Of a stretch of DNA of 64,000 nucleotides, positions 1-9,356 are shown piece by piece. The stretch is from an uncultured Chloroflexia bacterium (GTDB lineage: Bacteria; Chloroflexota; UBA6077; JACCZL01). Every line of letters begins with the position of its first letter. The first letter of the stretch is position 1. The stretch spans positions 234,076 through 298,075 of the forward strand of contig CAVXYC010000010.1 in NCBI GenBank assembly GCA_963765765.1, written 5' to 3'. The notes beneath the pieces are model-generated. The model worked only from the letters and a program-made list of their open reading frames with translations. It was not told where the DNA came from and ran no database searches. The translations under genes were made by a program, and so were the position numbers.

Positions 1-438
1 GTTGGGCAGGGGATCGCGATGGGTGAGACCTTTGACCTCGATGCAACTGCGAGTCTGATTGATCACACCGAATGCTTGAAGCTCTACCCCCACGCCCTCA
101 GGCATGGGATAGGAGGTCGTCTTACGGGCGGGCCTGTCGGACTTATTGGGAAACAATTCCAGCCAGCCAGTATTGATATGGGCGCGGTAATCCTGGGAAT
201 CGATGAAGTTCGTGACCAACCCGATGTTATCGGTGCTGAGTCCGGCCCCCTCAACCAGCGCAGCAAGATTGTGCCAGGCGTTCAGGAATTGTTCCGCGGG
301 ATCGTCTGGTAGCTCACCGGTCTTCAAATCGACGCCACCGACGCCGGACGTGAAGAACATGTTCCCGGTCTTGACCAAGTCGGGCGCAACAGAGCCCTCT
401 CGAAGGCCGGGCAAGTTGTAGATGGATCTCTTCCCCAT
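1..438 (-). CDS. RidA/YjgF family imine deaminase, probably tandem-domain; runs off the left window edge
   Basis: Manual translation from ATG 438 (RBS AGGAG): MGKRSIYNLPG...FFTSGVGGVDLKTGELPDDPAEQF...RPARKTT...VELQAFG, then a second RidA-like start (IEVKGLTHRDPLPN). Absent from the ORF track because it is truncated. Confidence 0.8.
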   Translation of the reverse strand, partial: MGKRSIYNLPGLREGSVAPDLVKTGNMFFTSGVGGVDLKTGELPDDPAEQFLNAWHNLAALVEGAGLSTDNIGLVTNFIDSQDYRAHINTGWLELFPNKSDRPARKTTSYPMPEGVGVELQAFGVINQTRSCIEVKGLTHRDPLPN

Positions 439-592
439 GCGGGTGCTCCTTACAGGATGTAGTCAGTGAATAAGCTCAGCGAAGGGGTCCTGGACTGCGG
501 AGCGTAGGAGCGCCGCGACCACTCCACGGTTTCTAAATCAAGCAAAGACGTGGAGACGACGCCCCACATGCCGTCCTCCACGAGCCGTAGGG

Positions 593-1075
593 TTAAGCCC
601 TCACCGTCGATCGGTCGCGGATCATGCGCGGATCCCGCCTGGTGCGCCATTCGTCCACCGAAATCTGTGCCAGCGCCTCAGCGCCCTTCAGGGCAAGCTG
701 CTCATCACGATCCTCGTCGCCAGAACCACTGACGCCCAGGCCGCCGATGACCTGACTGGAACGTCTAAGTGTCCAACCTCCGTGGATCGTGGTCAGGTAA
801 GGGTTGGACCAGTCAGCCACGGTGCGGCCGTCGTGCAGGATCTGGAGCCGCCACAGGGCAGTGTCCCGGCCGATGTACGCGGCGGTGTGGGCTTTGCGCT
901 CGGCATTTCGCACATCTACTGCAGACGCGCCGTCCTGGCGCAGTAGGTACACGGGATTGCCTTCAGAATCTACGATGGCGATCGCCAGCGGATGCTCATT
1001 CGGACGCGTGCTCTTTAGGATGGCGTCCACCGCCAGCCGGGCGTCAGTTAAGCCGACGTTCAGCGCTGTGATCAT
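593..1075 (-). CDS. GlcG/HbpS family heme-binding protein
   Basis: Motifs AIAIVDSEG, AERKAHTAA and GG..IGGLGVSG...D. Confidence 0.85.
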   Translation of the reverse strand: MITALNVGLTDARLAVDAILKSTRPNEHPLAIAIVDSEGNPVYLLRQDGASAVDVRNAERKAHTAAYIGRDTALWRLQILHDGRTVADWSNPYLTTIHGGWTLRRSSQVIGGLGVSGSGDEDRDEQLALKGAEALAQISVDEWRTRRDPRMIRDRSTVRA

Positions 1076-1491
1076 CGTTCCACCCCCATGGCTTTCAGAC
1101 CGATTTCGGCAAGAGCCTCGTCACGGATCGTGGTATTACCGCTCATGGCGATACCACCGACGACCTGGCCATTGATGATGATGGCTATTCCGCCTTGCAG
1201 CGTAGTGACCATGGGGTCGCCCCAGTCGTTCAGAGTCCGTTGCTTGGCCTTCACATGCTTGTCTCGGAAGACCACGGTGTCCAGGCCAAGATTGGCCGCG
1301 GTATAGGCTTTGGCCCGGGCGCGACTAAGCATTCGCGAGGGCGCTTGGTCTTGACGCATGAGCAGGATCGGAACGCCGTGCTCGTCCGCAATGGCAAGCG
1401 CCACAGGATTGTCCGAGCTGGTGAGGGCTCCCAGGATGGCGTCGCGTGCACGCTCCGCTTCTGCGAGTCCAAGTCTCTCTTGTTGGAACAT
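1072..1491 (-). CDS. GlcG/HbpS family heme-binding protein (tandem paralog)
   Basis: ATG 1491 with GGAG RBS; motifs ALAIADEHG, ARAKAYTAA and GGIAI..GQVVGGIAMSG; 4-nt overlap with the downstream gene. Confidence 0.85.
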   Translation of the reverse strand: MFQQERLGLAEAERARDAILGALTSSDNPVALAIADEHGVPILLMRQDQAPSRMLSRARAKAYTAANLGLDTVVFRDKHVKAKQRTLNDWGDPMVTTLQGGIAIIINGQVVGGIAMSGNTTIRDEALAEIGLKAMGVER

Positions 1492-1519
1492 GGGTGCTCC
1501 CTCTGTCGAGTAGCCACAG

Positions 1520-1548
1520 ATTCTATGGAGACGGCTCTTGCTCGTCAA
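1520..1548 (-). promoter_or_regulatory. Sigma70-type promoter for the GlcG-GlcG-RidA operon
   Basis: TTGACG-17 nt-TAGAAT on the minus strand. Confidence 0.7.
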
Positions 1549-1597
1549 TGGATGAGCGCGGCGACAGAAGTTCACATTGTGGATGTGCGTCTCACGG

Positions 1598-1717
1598 GAC
1601 CGCCGACATCCTGGCCGTCCGGCCCACAAGGCCGCCGGAGGATGCCTTTAGCTCCGGCGCCTTTGCTGTCCGCGTTGCGGCCCTCCGAAGGGCCGGGCCA
1701 ACAGGATGTCGGCGGTC
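1598..1717. repeat. REP-like inverted repeat element
   Basis: Perfect 16-bp arms GACCGCCGACATCCTG / CAGGATGTCGGCGGTC with internal GC hairpins. Confidence 0.7.
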
Positions 1718-1808
1718 GCGGCAGACGAGATTACGTGCAAAGTTGGAGGCACAGTTTGCCTTTTGCCGTATCTGGAGCGGATTGGACCGAAACTGTACTG
1801 ACTGGCTG

Positions 1809-1992
1809 GGGTGCGCCCAGAACTTGTGACGTCTCTTCGGCTCGTACTCGTGGGAGTGGCGCCTGGCCTGTCCGTTCTGCCTGGCCAGAGCGCATACCGG
1901 TTAGGCGAGGTTCCTGTCCCACCACTTGCCGCGAGCGCTATCACGGGTCACTGCCCCTGGCCGGGCGCGTTGCACAAGTTCTGGGCACGCCC
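1809..1992. mobile_element. MITE (non-autonomous IS derivative, IS256-like ends)
   Basis: Terminal inverted repeats GGGTGCGCCCAGAACTTGTG / GGGCGTGCCCAGAACTTGTG (18/20), flanked by an exact 9-bp direct repeat GACTGGCTG (1800-1808 and 1993-2001). Confidence 0.8.
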
Positions 1993-2008
1993 GACTGGCT
2001 GCATTACT

Positions 2009-2037
2009 TTGACCTGAGCACGGCCCGTTCTTATACT
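2009..2037 (+). promoter_or_regulatory. Sigma70-type promoter for the ABC transporter genes
   Basis: TTGACC-17 nt-TATACT. Confidence 0.7.
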
Positions 2038-2162
2038 GGCCCTCGGGGCTTTATAGTCTCGCGTGCGCGGATATTTCTCCGTGCCTAAGGCATCGTCGAA
2101 GAGCGATCATTAACACACATGTTGTAGCCCGCGACGCCGAAGACGACGTCGCTGGCAGGAGG

Positions 2163-3950
2163 ATGGCAATGGCAGCCGCTACCGTATCGCACCCTGGTCC
2201 AGGGAGACGGCGAATCGCGTTCCGACCCGTCCAGGTGGTCGGGACAATTCTGCTGGCGGGCGTGCTGTTCCTTACGGTGTATCCGCTGGCCATGCTGATC
2301 GTCGGAAGCTTCAAATCGATGGGGCCCGGACTCCCCGGGGACTGGACCTTTGTCGGCTACCAGAAGGCCTACACAGACTGGGCGACGCTCTCAAGTTGGG
2401 GCAACTCGTTCATGCTGGCTACCTCGGTTACGTTGATTTCGACGGTCATCGCGGTCACCTTCGCGTTCATCGTGGCTCGGACAGACGTTCCGTTACGCTG
2501 GATGATCGTTCCCGTGATGACGATGGCCTTTGTGATGCCCCAGATCTTCTTCTCGCTGGCATGGTCAATGCTCGGCAACGCGCGCGCGGGCATGATCAAT
2601 CAGCTCTGGCGGAACCTGTTCCCCGGTGCTGGGCCGCTCTTCGACGTCAATAGCTGGGCTGGCATGATCCTGGTCATGTCGCTCGCCACAGTGGCGTTCA
2701 AGTTCCTGCTTCTGCTGGGCGCCTTCAAAGGGCTCGACCTGGCGCTCGAGGAGGCTTCTCGAATCGCTGGCGCTGGCCGCATGCAGACGCTCCTGCGGGT
2801 GGACCTACCGGTCCTCGCCCCCACCATTCTCGGCGTCATGATGCTGAGTTTTATCCGCGGACTCCAGGCCACGGAGACCCCGCTCTTCCTGGGTTTCCCG
2901 GCGGGCATCTATGTGTTCTCCACGAAGATGCTCGACTACATCAATAACTACGTGCCTGCTCGCTATCCCGAAGCTACGGCACTCGCGGTGACGGGTGTCG
3001 TGGTGATGGTCGTCCTGGTGATGCTCCAATGGAAGATCCTGGGGCATCGGGAATTCGTCACGATCACGGGTAAGGGCTACAAGCCCGAAATCTGGCATCT
3101 TGGCAAGCTGAAGTGGGCGTTCACGGCGCTAATTGTCGTGTATGTGCTCCTTGCGCTCGTCCTTCCTGGCATACAGCTCTTCCTGGGCTCATTCCAGAAA
3201 ATCTTCGGTGTGTACTCCTGGAATAGCTTTACGCTCGAGAACTATCAGAAGGCGTTGGATTCACCCGTTGTGCAGCGCGCGGCGAGGAATACACTCCAGA
3301 TTGCTCTCCTGGGCGGCCTGGTTGGGATGGCAATCACCACTGCAATCGCGTACATCGTTACGCGGACGACGTTCTACGGCCGCCGCGCCCTCGACATGGC
3401 TGTGTGGGCACCCTGGACGATGCCCGGCGTTGTGCTTGGCATAGGTCTGCTCTGGGCGTACATCAGTGTTCCGGGTCTCAAGGAGCTCTACGGAACTCCC
3501 TGGCTCATGATGTTGGGAATGATCGTGACGATCATTCCGGTCGGCGTCCGAGTGATGGGCGGGGCGCTCTCTCAGCTCAGCAAGGATCTCGAAGAATCAG
3601 CAAGAATCCACGGTGCTTCCTGGATGCGCGCCTTTATGACGGTTGTGGTGAAGCTTGTCATGCCGAGCTTCCTCTACGGTTGGCTCGTGATCGGCGTCAT
3701 TCTCAGCGGAGAGCTTTCCGTGCCGCTCGTGCTCTATGCACCAGGCAACGAGGTCTTGTCCGTGGCGATCTACGGCCTCCAGCAGAATGCTCAGCAGGCT
3801 GTCGCGGCGGCGGTCTTCTCGATGGTGCTGCTCGTCGCGGCCAGCGCGCTAGCCGTTGCGCGGCTCGTGCAGTTCATTGCGGAGCGCTTGAAAGAACGAG
3901 CTGAGGCGCCCGAGACGCGCGAGATGGAGATGCAGCCCGCGGCCGTCTGA
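2163..3950 (+). CDS. ABC transporter permease, FbpB/iron(III)-type with two fused TM domains
   Basis: 595 aa, highly hydrophobic, two EAA motifs (LEEASRIAGA, LEESARIHGA). Confidence 0.9.
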   Translation: MAMAAATVSHPGPGRRRIAFRPVQVVGTILLAGVLFLTVYPLAMLIVGSFKSMGPGLPGDWTFVGYQKAYTDWATLSSWGNSFMLATSVTLISTVIAVTFAFIVARTDVPLRWMIVPVMTMAFVMPQIFFSLAWSMLGNARAGMINQLWRNLFPGAGPLFDVNSWAGMILVMSLATVAFKFLLLLGAFKGLDLALEEASRIAGAGRMQTLLRVDLPVLAPTILGVMMLSFIRGLQATETPLFLGFPAGIYVFSTKMLDYINNYVPARYPEATALAVTGVVVMVVLVMLQWKILGHREFVTITGKGYKPEIWHLGKLKWAFTALIVVYVLLALVLPGIQLFLGSFQKIFGVYSWNSFTLENYQKALDSPVVQRAARNTLQIALLGGLVGMAITTAIAYIVTRTTFYGRRALDMAVWAPWTMPGVVLGIGLLWAYISVPGLKELYGTPWLMMLGMIVTIIPVGVRVMGGALSQLSKDLEESARIHGASWMRAFMTVVVKLVMPSFLYGWLVIGVILSGELSVPLVLYAPGNEVLSVAIYGLQQNAQQAVAAAVFSMVLLVAASALAVARLVQFIAERLKERAEAPETREMEMQPAAV

Positions 3951-3992
3951 GTCCGTAGGCTTCCGTTAAGAGACATTCAGGAGGAACACGCG

Positions 3993-5097
3993 GTGGCGGG
4001 CATTCGAGTTCGTGGACTCATCAAGTCGTTTGAGACCGGAGTCCGCGCGGTAAACGAAGTTGATTTCGAAGTCCCGGATGGGGCAGCTTGTTACGCTGCT
4101 GGGCCCAAGTGGGTGCGGAAAAACTACGACCCTCCGGCTGCTAGCCGGGTTTGAGACCCCGGATGATGGTGAGATCTCGTTTGGCGATCATATAGTGACG
4201 TCGATGCAGAAGGGCGTTTTTGAGCCGCCAGAGAAACGCGGTGCTGGAATGGTATTCCAGAGCTACGCGATCTGGCCGCACATGACCGTGTTCGAGAACG
4301 TAGCGTATCCACTGACCATTCGATCCACGCCCAAGAACGAGATCCGAACCCGTGTTTTCGATGCGCTCGAGATGCTCGGTCTTCACGGTTTCGAGAATCG
4401 ATCGGCCACAAAATTGAGTGGCGGTCAGCAGCAGCGCGTCGCGATTGCCCGCGCACTCGTGGGCAATCCGGGCATCCTGCTTCTGGATGAGCCGCTTTCG
4501 AACCTGGATGCCAAGCTGCGCGCGCAGATGCGCGTGGAGCTGCTGCAGCTCCAGCGTCGCCTAAAGGTCACGACCGTTTACGTAACGCATGACCAGACGG
4601 AGGCTATGGTGCTCTCCGATAAGGTGCTGGTCATGAAGGACGGAGTCGTCCAGCAAAGTGGTTCGGCTCGCGACATATTCAAGTGGCCTGTCAATCGGTT
4701 CGTAGCGGATTTCGTCGGGTTCACCAATTTCATTCCGGAAACGTCCTCGAGCGTAATGGGGATCTCACGTCGGTTCGCGTGGGCAGCGGCGGCCAACCGC
4801 TGCAGCTTGCGAGCTCGGAGCCGCTGAGTCCCAACGATGACGTTGTCATTGCTACGCGTCCGGTCGGCTGTTCGGCTGCATGTGAGCGGCACAAACGGTC
4901 AGGCGCCAATTAGTGGCACCGTGATCTCCCAGGCATATCTCGGCGATGTCATCGAGGTGCACGTGCAGATCGATGACATGCGAGTCATCGCCCATGTGCC
5001 CGAAGCTACGACGGGTCAGACCGTCAGCGTCCCTCAGGTTGGTGACAAGGTGGACGTGGAGCTCGATCAGGGGAACGCGATTCTGGTGAAGGTCTAG
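3993..5097 (+). CDS. ABC transporter ATP-binding protein (PotA/FbpC-like with TOBE domain); apparent frameshifts near 4080, 4740 and 4860
   Basis: GTG after AGGAGG; Walker A GPSGCGKT, LSGGQQQR and LLLDEP; the C-terminal TOBE-like region (SQAYLGD) is in other frames. Confidence 0.85.
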
Positions 5098-5129
5098 GGA
5101 TCTAGATCGTGGGTGGAACGACCGGTGGA

Positions 5130-5239
5130 ACGACGCCACCCCAGCCCTCCCCGCTGCAGCAGGGAGGGAGCGTGTTCAGGGGGAACCGAGGATCCGGCTT
5201 CCTCCCTGTCGCAGCGGGGAGGGCCTGGGGTGGGGTCGT
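5130..5239. repeat. REP-like palindromic doublet (CCCCAGCCCTCCC...GGGAGGG family)
   Basis: Two inverted imperfect copies between convergent genes; a third copy is at 58152-58200. Confidence 0.75.
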
Positions 5240-5276
5240 CATGCCGCGGGCAACGGCCTCAACGCCTCAATCCCTC

Positions 5277-6476
5277 CTACGCGCGCCTGATTCCTCCAAG
5301 TGCTCTTAGCGCCCAGTCGCGTTGATCCGCGGAGAGCATGTTCTTCACATCGGGTTGAACTTGGGCCGTTGAGATCCAATTCCGCCATGTCTCCTGCGAT
5401 TTGCGCTGGAGCGTATCGGCGTCAAATGGACGGTCATCCGATTTCTCTAGAACCTGGATAATGTGCTGGCCATTGCGGGATTCGACAACCTCGCCGATAG
5501 CACCGACGTCCTGAGAAAATGCTGCGAGCTCAAATGGCAAATTCATTACGCCGGACCCGAACCAGCCAAGATCGCCACCCTTATCCTTGCTACCCGGATC
5601 TTTTGACTCCTGTCGGGCAAGTTCGGCGAAATCCTCGCCGTTGAGCAGTCGCTGGCGGACCTCCTCGGCCTTCTCGGGAGTTTCCAACAGAATGTGCCGA
5701 GCATGGACCTGAGAGCCGGAGGCTGGCGTGTCCGCTGAAATCACTGTACGGAGCTTCTCTTCCAGCACGTCAGATCGAACGAGCTCTCGGAACTGTTGAT
5801 CCGTTAACCCATTCCGCTCGAGAAGAATAGCGTAGGCACCGCTGGCAATGTCTGGTGACAGCGTTGGATATGGAGTGGCGGTCGCCGTCGGCGACGGTGT
5901 TACCGATGGTTCAGGTGTCGGACTCGGTGTGCTTGTTACCAGCGGCGCGGGTGTAGCCGTCGGGGCCGGTTGAGTCATAGCGTCCTGCTCGGCAAGGATC
6001 TCCTGCAGCTTTGCTTCCACTTCGTCGTCGGTCACTACGATGCCGCGAGCGGCGGTCTCCCGACGTACAAGGATCTCCTCGATCATCTGGTCCAGAGTCG
6101 TATCGGGAAGTCGATTCTTCTGCGCAACGAGCTGCGAAGTTTGTTGACTCATACCCTGGGCTGTGTAGAGTCGGATTTGATCGTCGAACAGTTTGCTGCG
6201 CGGTCGCGCACGATCAACTACTTCGTTCAGGCTGATAGTCTGGCCATAGACGTCGGCCACAGTTTCTCGGCCACGCAAGAATGATTCGCGCACATAACCC
6301 ACGACGAGCACGAGCACGATGATCACCGCAAAGCCGAGAACTCCTAATTTGATCCAGCGCTCTTGCTCCTGTTCCCGCTGCCATTTGGAGAGCTGCCGCT
6401 GCGATGGACGGAGGTGCGCCAATCTGGTGGTTAAACTTCGGCTTTTCGATGGTTCCTTATTTCGTCGAGTGGCCAT
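5277..6476 (-). CDS. PrsA/SurA-like parvulin peptidyl-prolyl isomerase (foldase), membrane anchored
   Basis: N-terminal TM, SurA-like helices, Pro/Thr linker, rotamase motif VHARHILL...FAELARQES.D.GS...GGDLGWF. Confidence 0.9.
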   Translation of the reverse strand: MATRRNKEPSKSRSLTTRLAHLRPSQRQLSKWQREQEQERWIKLGVLGFAVIIVLVLVVGYVRESFLRGRETVADVYGQTISLNEVVDRARPRSKLFDDQIRLYTAQGMSQQTSQLVAQKNRLPDTTLDQMIEEILVRRETAARGIVVTDDEVEAKLQEILAEQDAMTQPAPTATPAPLVTSTPSPTPEPSVTPSPTATATPYPTLSPDIASGAYAILLERNGLTDQQFRELVRSDVLEEKLRTVISADTPASGSQVHARHILLETPEKAEEVRQRLLNGEDFAELARQESKDPGSKDKGGDLGWFGSGVMNLPFELAAFSQDVGAIGEVVESRNGQHIIQVLEKSDDRPFDADTLQRKSQETWRNWISTAQVQPDVKNMLSADQRDWALRALGGIRRA

Positions 6477-6511
6477 ATGCTTGCTATTTCAGTTCATATG
6501 CAAGGAATGAG

Positions 6512-6534
6512 AAAAGCCGGGTCGAAGCCCGGCT
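6512..6534 (-). terminator. Intrinsic terminator of rpsF-ssb-rpsR
   Basis: AGCCGGGC-TTCG-ACCCGGCT followed by TTT on the minus strand. Confidence 0.65.
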
Positions 6535-6556
6535 CAATGACTCATTTCTTAAGACG

Positions 6557-6938
6557 TCACGCGCGAGCGTGGACCCCGCTGATGCGGACATGCTCGGCTG
6601 TGTATGGCAGGAGCGCCATATGCCGTGCCCGCTTTACCGCGGTAGCCAGGGCGCGCTGATGGAGAGCACACGTGCCCGTTTTGCGGCGGGGCTCGATCTT
6701 TCCACGATCGGAAAGATGTCTGCGGAGTCGCGAAAGATCTTTGAAATCCACGTAGCTGATCTTGTCAGCACAAAACTGACAGACCTTCCGTCGCGGAGTG
6801 TATTTTCGTCCGTATCCCTCACCCTTTCGGCGTGGAGGACGTCGCTGTCCGTCGGCGGGACCCGATGGGGCACCCGGGCAGCGAAGGGCTCTGTATCCCT
6901 GACGGAGCTGCTGGTGTGATTTCTGTTTCTACTGTCAT
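6557..6938 (-). CDS. rpsR: 30S ribosomal protein S18 (Zn-binding type) with N-terminal extension; apparent frameshift near 6870
   Basis: [19 protein letters not shown]...[29 protein letters not shown]; the ATG at 6938 overlaps the ssb stop. Confidence 0.92.
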
Positions 6939-7372
6939 TAGAACGGTAAGTCCTCTAGATCTGAATCCGGAGCAGCGGATGTCCCTGTACCTGCAGGCGC
7001 ATAGCCGCCAGGTGCATAGCCGGCTCCCTGGTCGTCACGCTGACGCTGGTCGAGCAGGATGACGTCGTTCGCCATCACTTCGAGGCTCGTACGAGGTTTC
7101 CCTTCGTTGTCTTGCCAGGCGCGTGACGAGAAGCGACCCTCCACGAGCACGCGGCTTCCCTTGGTTACAAGGTTCGCCGTGGTCTCAGCCAATCGGCCAA
7201 ATGTCGAGACTTGAAACCAGTCGGCTTCCTCGACCCGCTCACCATCGCGGCCACGCCGGACGTGGCTGCAGACCATCCTGAACGATGTTACCTGGCGGCC
7301 GTCCGCGGTGAACCGAGCCTCGGGGTCACGAGGCTGCACCCGACCAACGAGGGTGATTTTGACCATGTCCAT
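6938..7372 (-). CDS. ssb: Single-stranded DNA-binding protein
   Basis: OB-fold motifs, acidic C-terminal DLEDLPF, position between rpsF and rpsR. Confidence 0.95.
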   Translation of the reverse strand: MDMVKITLVGRVQPRDPEARFTADGRQVTSFRMVCSHVRRGRDGERVEEADWFQVSTFGRLAETTANLVTKGSRVLVEGRFSSRAWQDNEGKPRTSLEVMANDVILLDQRQRDDQGAGYAPGGYAPAGTGTSAAPDSDLEDLPF

Positions 7373-7395
7373 AAGGCTGACCTCTTGCTCCCCGA

Positions 7396-7683
7396 TCAGG
7401 CGACGGGGCGAATCAGTAAGTGGCGGATGACCGACTCATTGAGACGGAAATCGCGCTCGATCGCAGTTAGGCTCGTAGGATCCAGCTTCAGCCGAACAAC
7501 GGAGTAGACGCCTTCGAGATAATTCTCGATGGGATACGCCAGTCGGCGCCGTCCCCAGGGCTCAACTCCAGTCACCTCACCCCCGCGTGATGCGAGCATT
7601 GTGGTGACGCGCGTACTCGCCTCCTCGATGCCGGCTTCATCAAGCTCTGGCGTGAGGACGTACATAAGCTCGTAATCTTGCAC
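7396..7683 (-). CDS. rpsF: 30S ribosomal protein S6
   Basis: YELMYVL...WGRRRLAYPI...NESVIRHL; GTG start after AAGGAGG. Confidence 0.95.
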   Translation of the reverse strand: MQDYELMYVLTPELDEAGIEEASTRVTTMLASRGGEVTGVEPWGRRRLAYPIENYLEGVYSVVRLKLDPTSLTAIERDFRLNESVIRHLLIRPVA

Positions 7684-7688
7684 GTCTT

Positions 7689-7736
7689 GCACCTCCTTTC
7701 TCTGGGATTGCCCTTCGCGAGCGACGTTGGCGGTGC
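7689..7736 (-). promoter_or_regulatory. Putative S6:S18 (rpsF) leader autoregulatory RNA
   Basis: GCACCGCC can pair with the SD region GGAGGTGC, enclosing a small hairpin and a CCC motif. Confidence 0.5.
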
Positions 7737-7813
7737 TCACCTTCGTCTAACGAAAGGCAGAAAGACGCGCGGGAAATTCCCGCGCATGAACTCGGGAAGT
7801 ATATCAGGTTGGA

Positions 7814-8413
7814 TCAGGTCCCGTAGCGCTCTTCCCGCCAGGGGTCACCCCGCATATGGTAGCCGTATCCCTCCCAGAACCCAGGCTGGTCGTCGGCAAG
7901 GAATTCGACCCCGCGCACCCACTTGGCACTCTTCCAGAAGTAGAGATGCGGGACAAAAAGGCGCAGGGGTCCGCCGTGCTCCGGTGTGAGATCCGCGCCG
8001 TTCCATCGATTGACGAACAGCACATCATCACGCATGAGGTCCGTAAGGGGCAGGTTTGTGGTGTAGCCGTGCTCTGCATGAATCAGTGCGAAGCGAGCCT
8101 CGGCCTGGATTTGAACCAGTTTGGCCACTTCGAGAAATGGGATGCCTTCCCAATCGCTATCGAAAAGGCTCCAGCGGGTCACACAGTGCACATCTGCGTG
8201 AACCGTTTTTCGCGGGAGCCCCAATAGCTCGTTGAATGGCAATGATCGAGGCTCGGCAACGAGCCCGGTGAGACTGAGCCGCCATGTGTCGATATCCACG
8301 TTCGGTACTGAGCCGTAGTGAAGCACCGGCCATTTCTTGGTCTGGTACTGTCCAGGCGGCAGCCGACTCCCCAGGCTGTCTTCTTCCTTGGACTTTCGTC
8401 GAAAGATGTTCAT
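7814..8413 (-). CDS. Sulfite oxidase-like molybdopterin-dependent oxidoreductase
   Basis: RLPPGQ, DVHCVTRWS (Moco Cys), HGGPLRL, YFWKSAKW, GFWE..GYHMRGDPW. Confidence 0.9.
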   Translation of the reverse strand: MNIFRRKSKEEDSLGSRLPPGQYQTKKWPVLHYGSVPNVDIDTWRLSLTGLVAEPRSLPFNELLGLPRKTVHADVHCVTRWSLFDSDWEGIPFLEVAKLVQIQAEARFALIHAEHGYTTNLPLTDLMRDDVLFVNRWNGADLTPEHGGPLRLFVPHLYFWKSAKWVRGVEFLADDQPGFWEGYGYHMRGDPWREERYGT

Positions 8414-8581
8414 GGTCTGCTCCCTGCCGGCGCTCTTCAGCATCATGATCGCACGAATGTCGGGAGTGAGCGGCAATTGTGTGTCCCCCTGTAGGCGCTA
8501 CCCGAGCTCCACGGTGCGCTCGCGGACAGGGATACCTGGTGGCGGCCGTAAAGGGCCGCCTCAGGAGTGCGGTTTAAGAAG

Positions 8582-8620
8582 ACAAAAGCGGTCCGACATC
8601 CCACGTCGAACCGCTTTTGT
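8582..8620. terminator. Probable intrinsic terminator hairpin
   Basis: ACAAAAGCGGT...ACCGCTTTTGT inverted repeat. Confidence 0.65.
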
Positions 8621-8637
8621 TTGTTGCTGGATGGCGA

Positions 8638-9096
8638 CTAACCGCAGTTGACAGGCAGACCTAGCGCTGGATCATCGATCCTATAGTCGCGATTGTTGCT
8701 CTTATCCTTAATCACCACGAACCCGGTATCGTTGCTCTCGTTGATTTCGCCTTTGATGACCGCATCTACCGTCTTGACGACGTCGTTGATGGGCGTTCTC
8801 GTCACACTCGCGGCGTCTTTAAACGTAAACACGACATCCCGGTAAGTGAGCTTTTTCTTACCTTCCTTGACGATTCGCTTGCGCGTCTCTTTGGTGAGCT
8901 TGTCAAAGTGATCGGACTGATAAGTCGCACCATCGATATTGATCCTCCAGGACCGAGAGCGACCGGATCCGTCATTGATTAGCATCGAACCATTGTTCCC
9001 AACCATCTCGCATGTATCCGCGAAAGCTGGGCTCGCCTGGAGCGGTAGGGCGGTTATGCCCACAATAAGCGCCAGTGCCCCAAGACGTCTTTGCAT
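8638..9096 (-). CDS. Secreted hypothetical protein
   Basis: Signal peptide ending SPAFA; Lys-rich, beta-rich-looking mature region; downstream terminator. Confidence 0.7.
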   Translation of the reverse strand: MQRRLGALALIVGITALPLQASPAFADTCEMVGNNGSMLINDGSGRSRSWRINIDGATYQSDHFDKLTKETRKRIVKEGKKKLTYRDVVFTFKDAASVTRTPINDVVKTVDAVIKGEINESNDTGFVVIKDKSNNRDYRIDDPALGLPVNCG

Positions 9097-9356
9097 AGCA
9101 CCCCCTCTGTCTGGTCATCGTCGGACTGCTCGACACAGCGGCTCGCGAGTCGGACGCGTCCCGTGGCGTTGATCTAACCGATGGGATTATGGAAATGTCT
9201 CTGACAATTCCAACGGCTGCAAGATCGTTTTATTGTCAAGTCACAGGATCGAGACTGCGCCGATACGGGTTTGTGATGGCCTGCTCAATGGCCTGTGCCG
9301 CGCCCGTGACCCGGCACGGTAATCTGCGATACTTCGATCGCTGAGGTGCGTCCGTT

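Noticed and set aside
5870-5975. Low-complexity Pro/Thr repeat
   Set aside because: It is an ordinary flexible linker within the PrsA/SurA-like protein.
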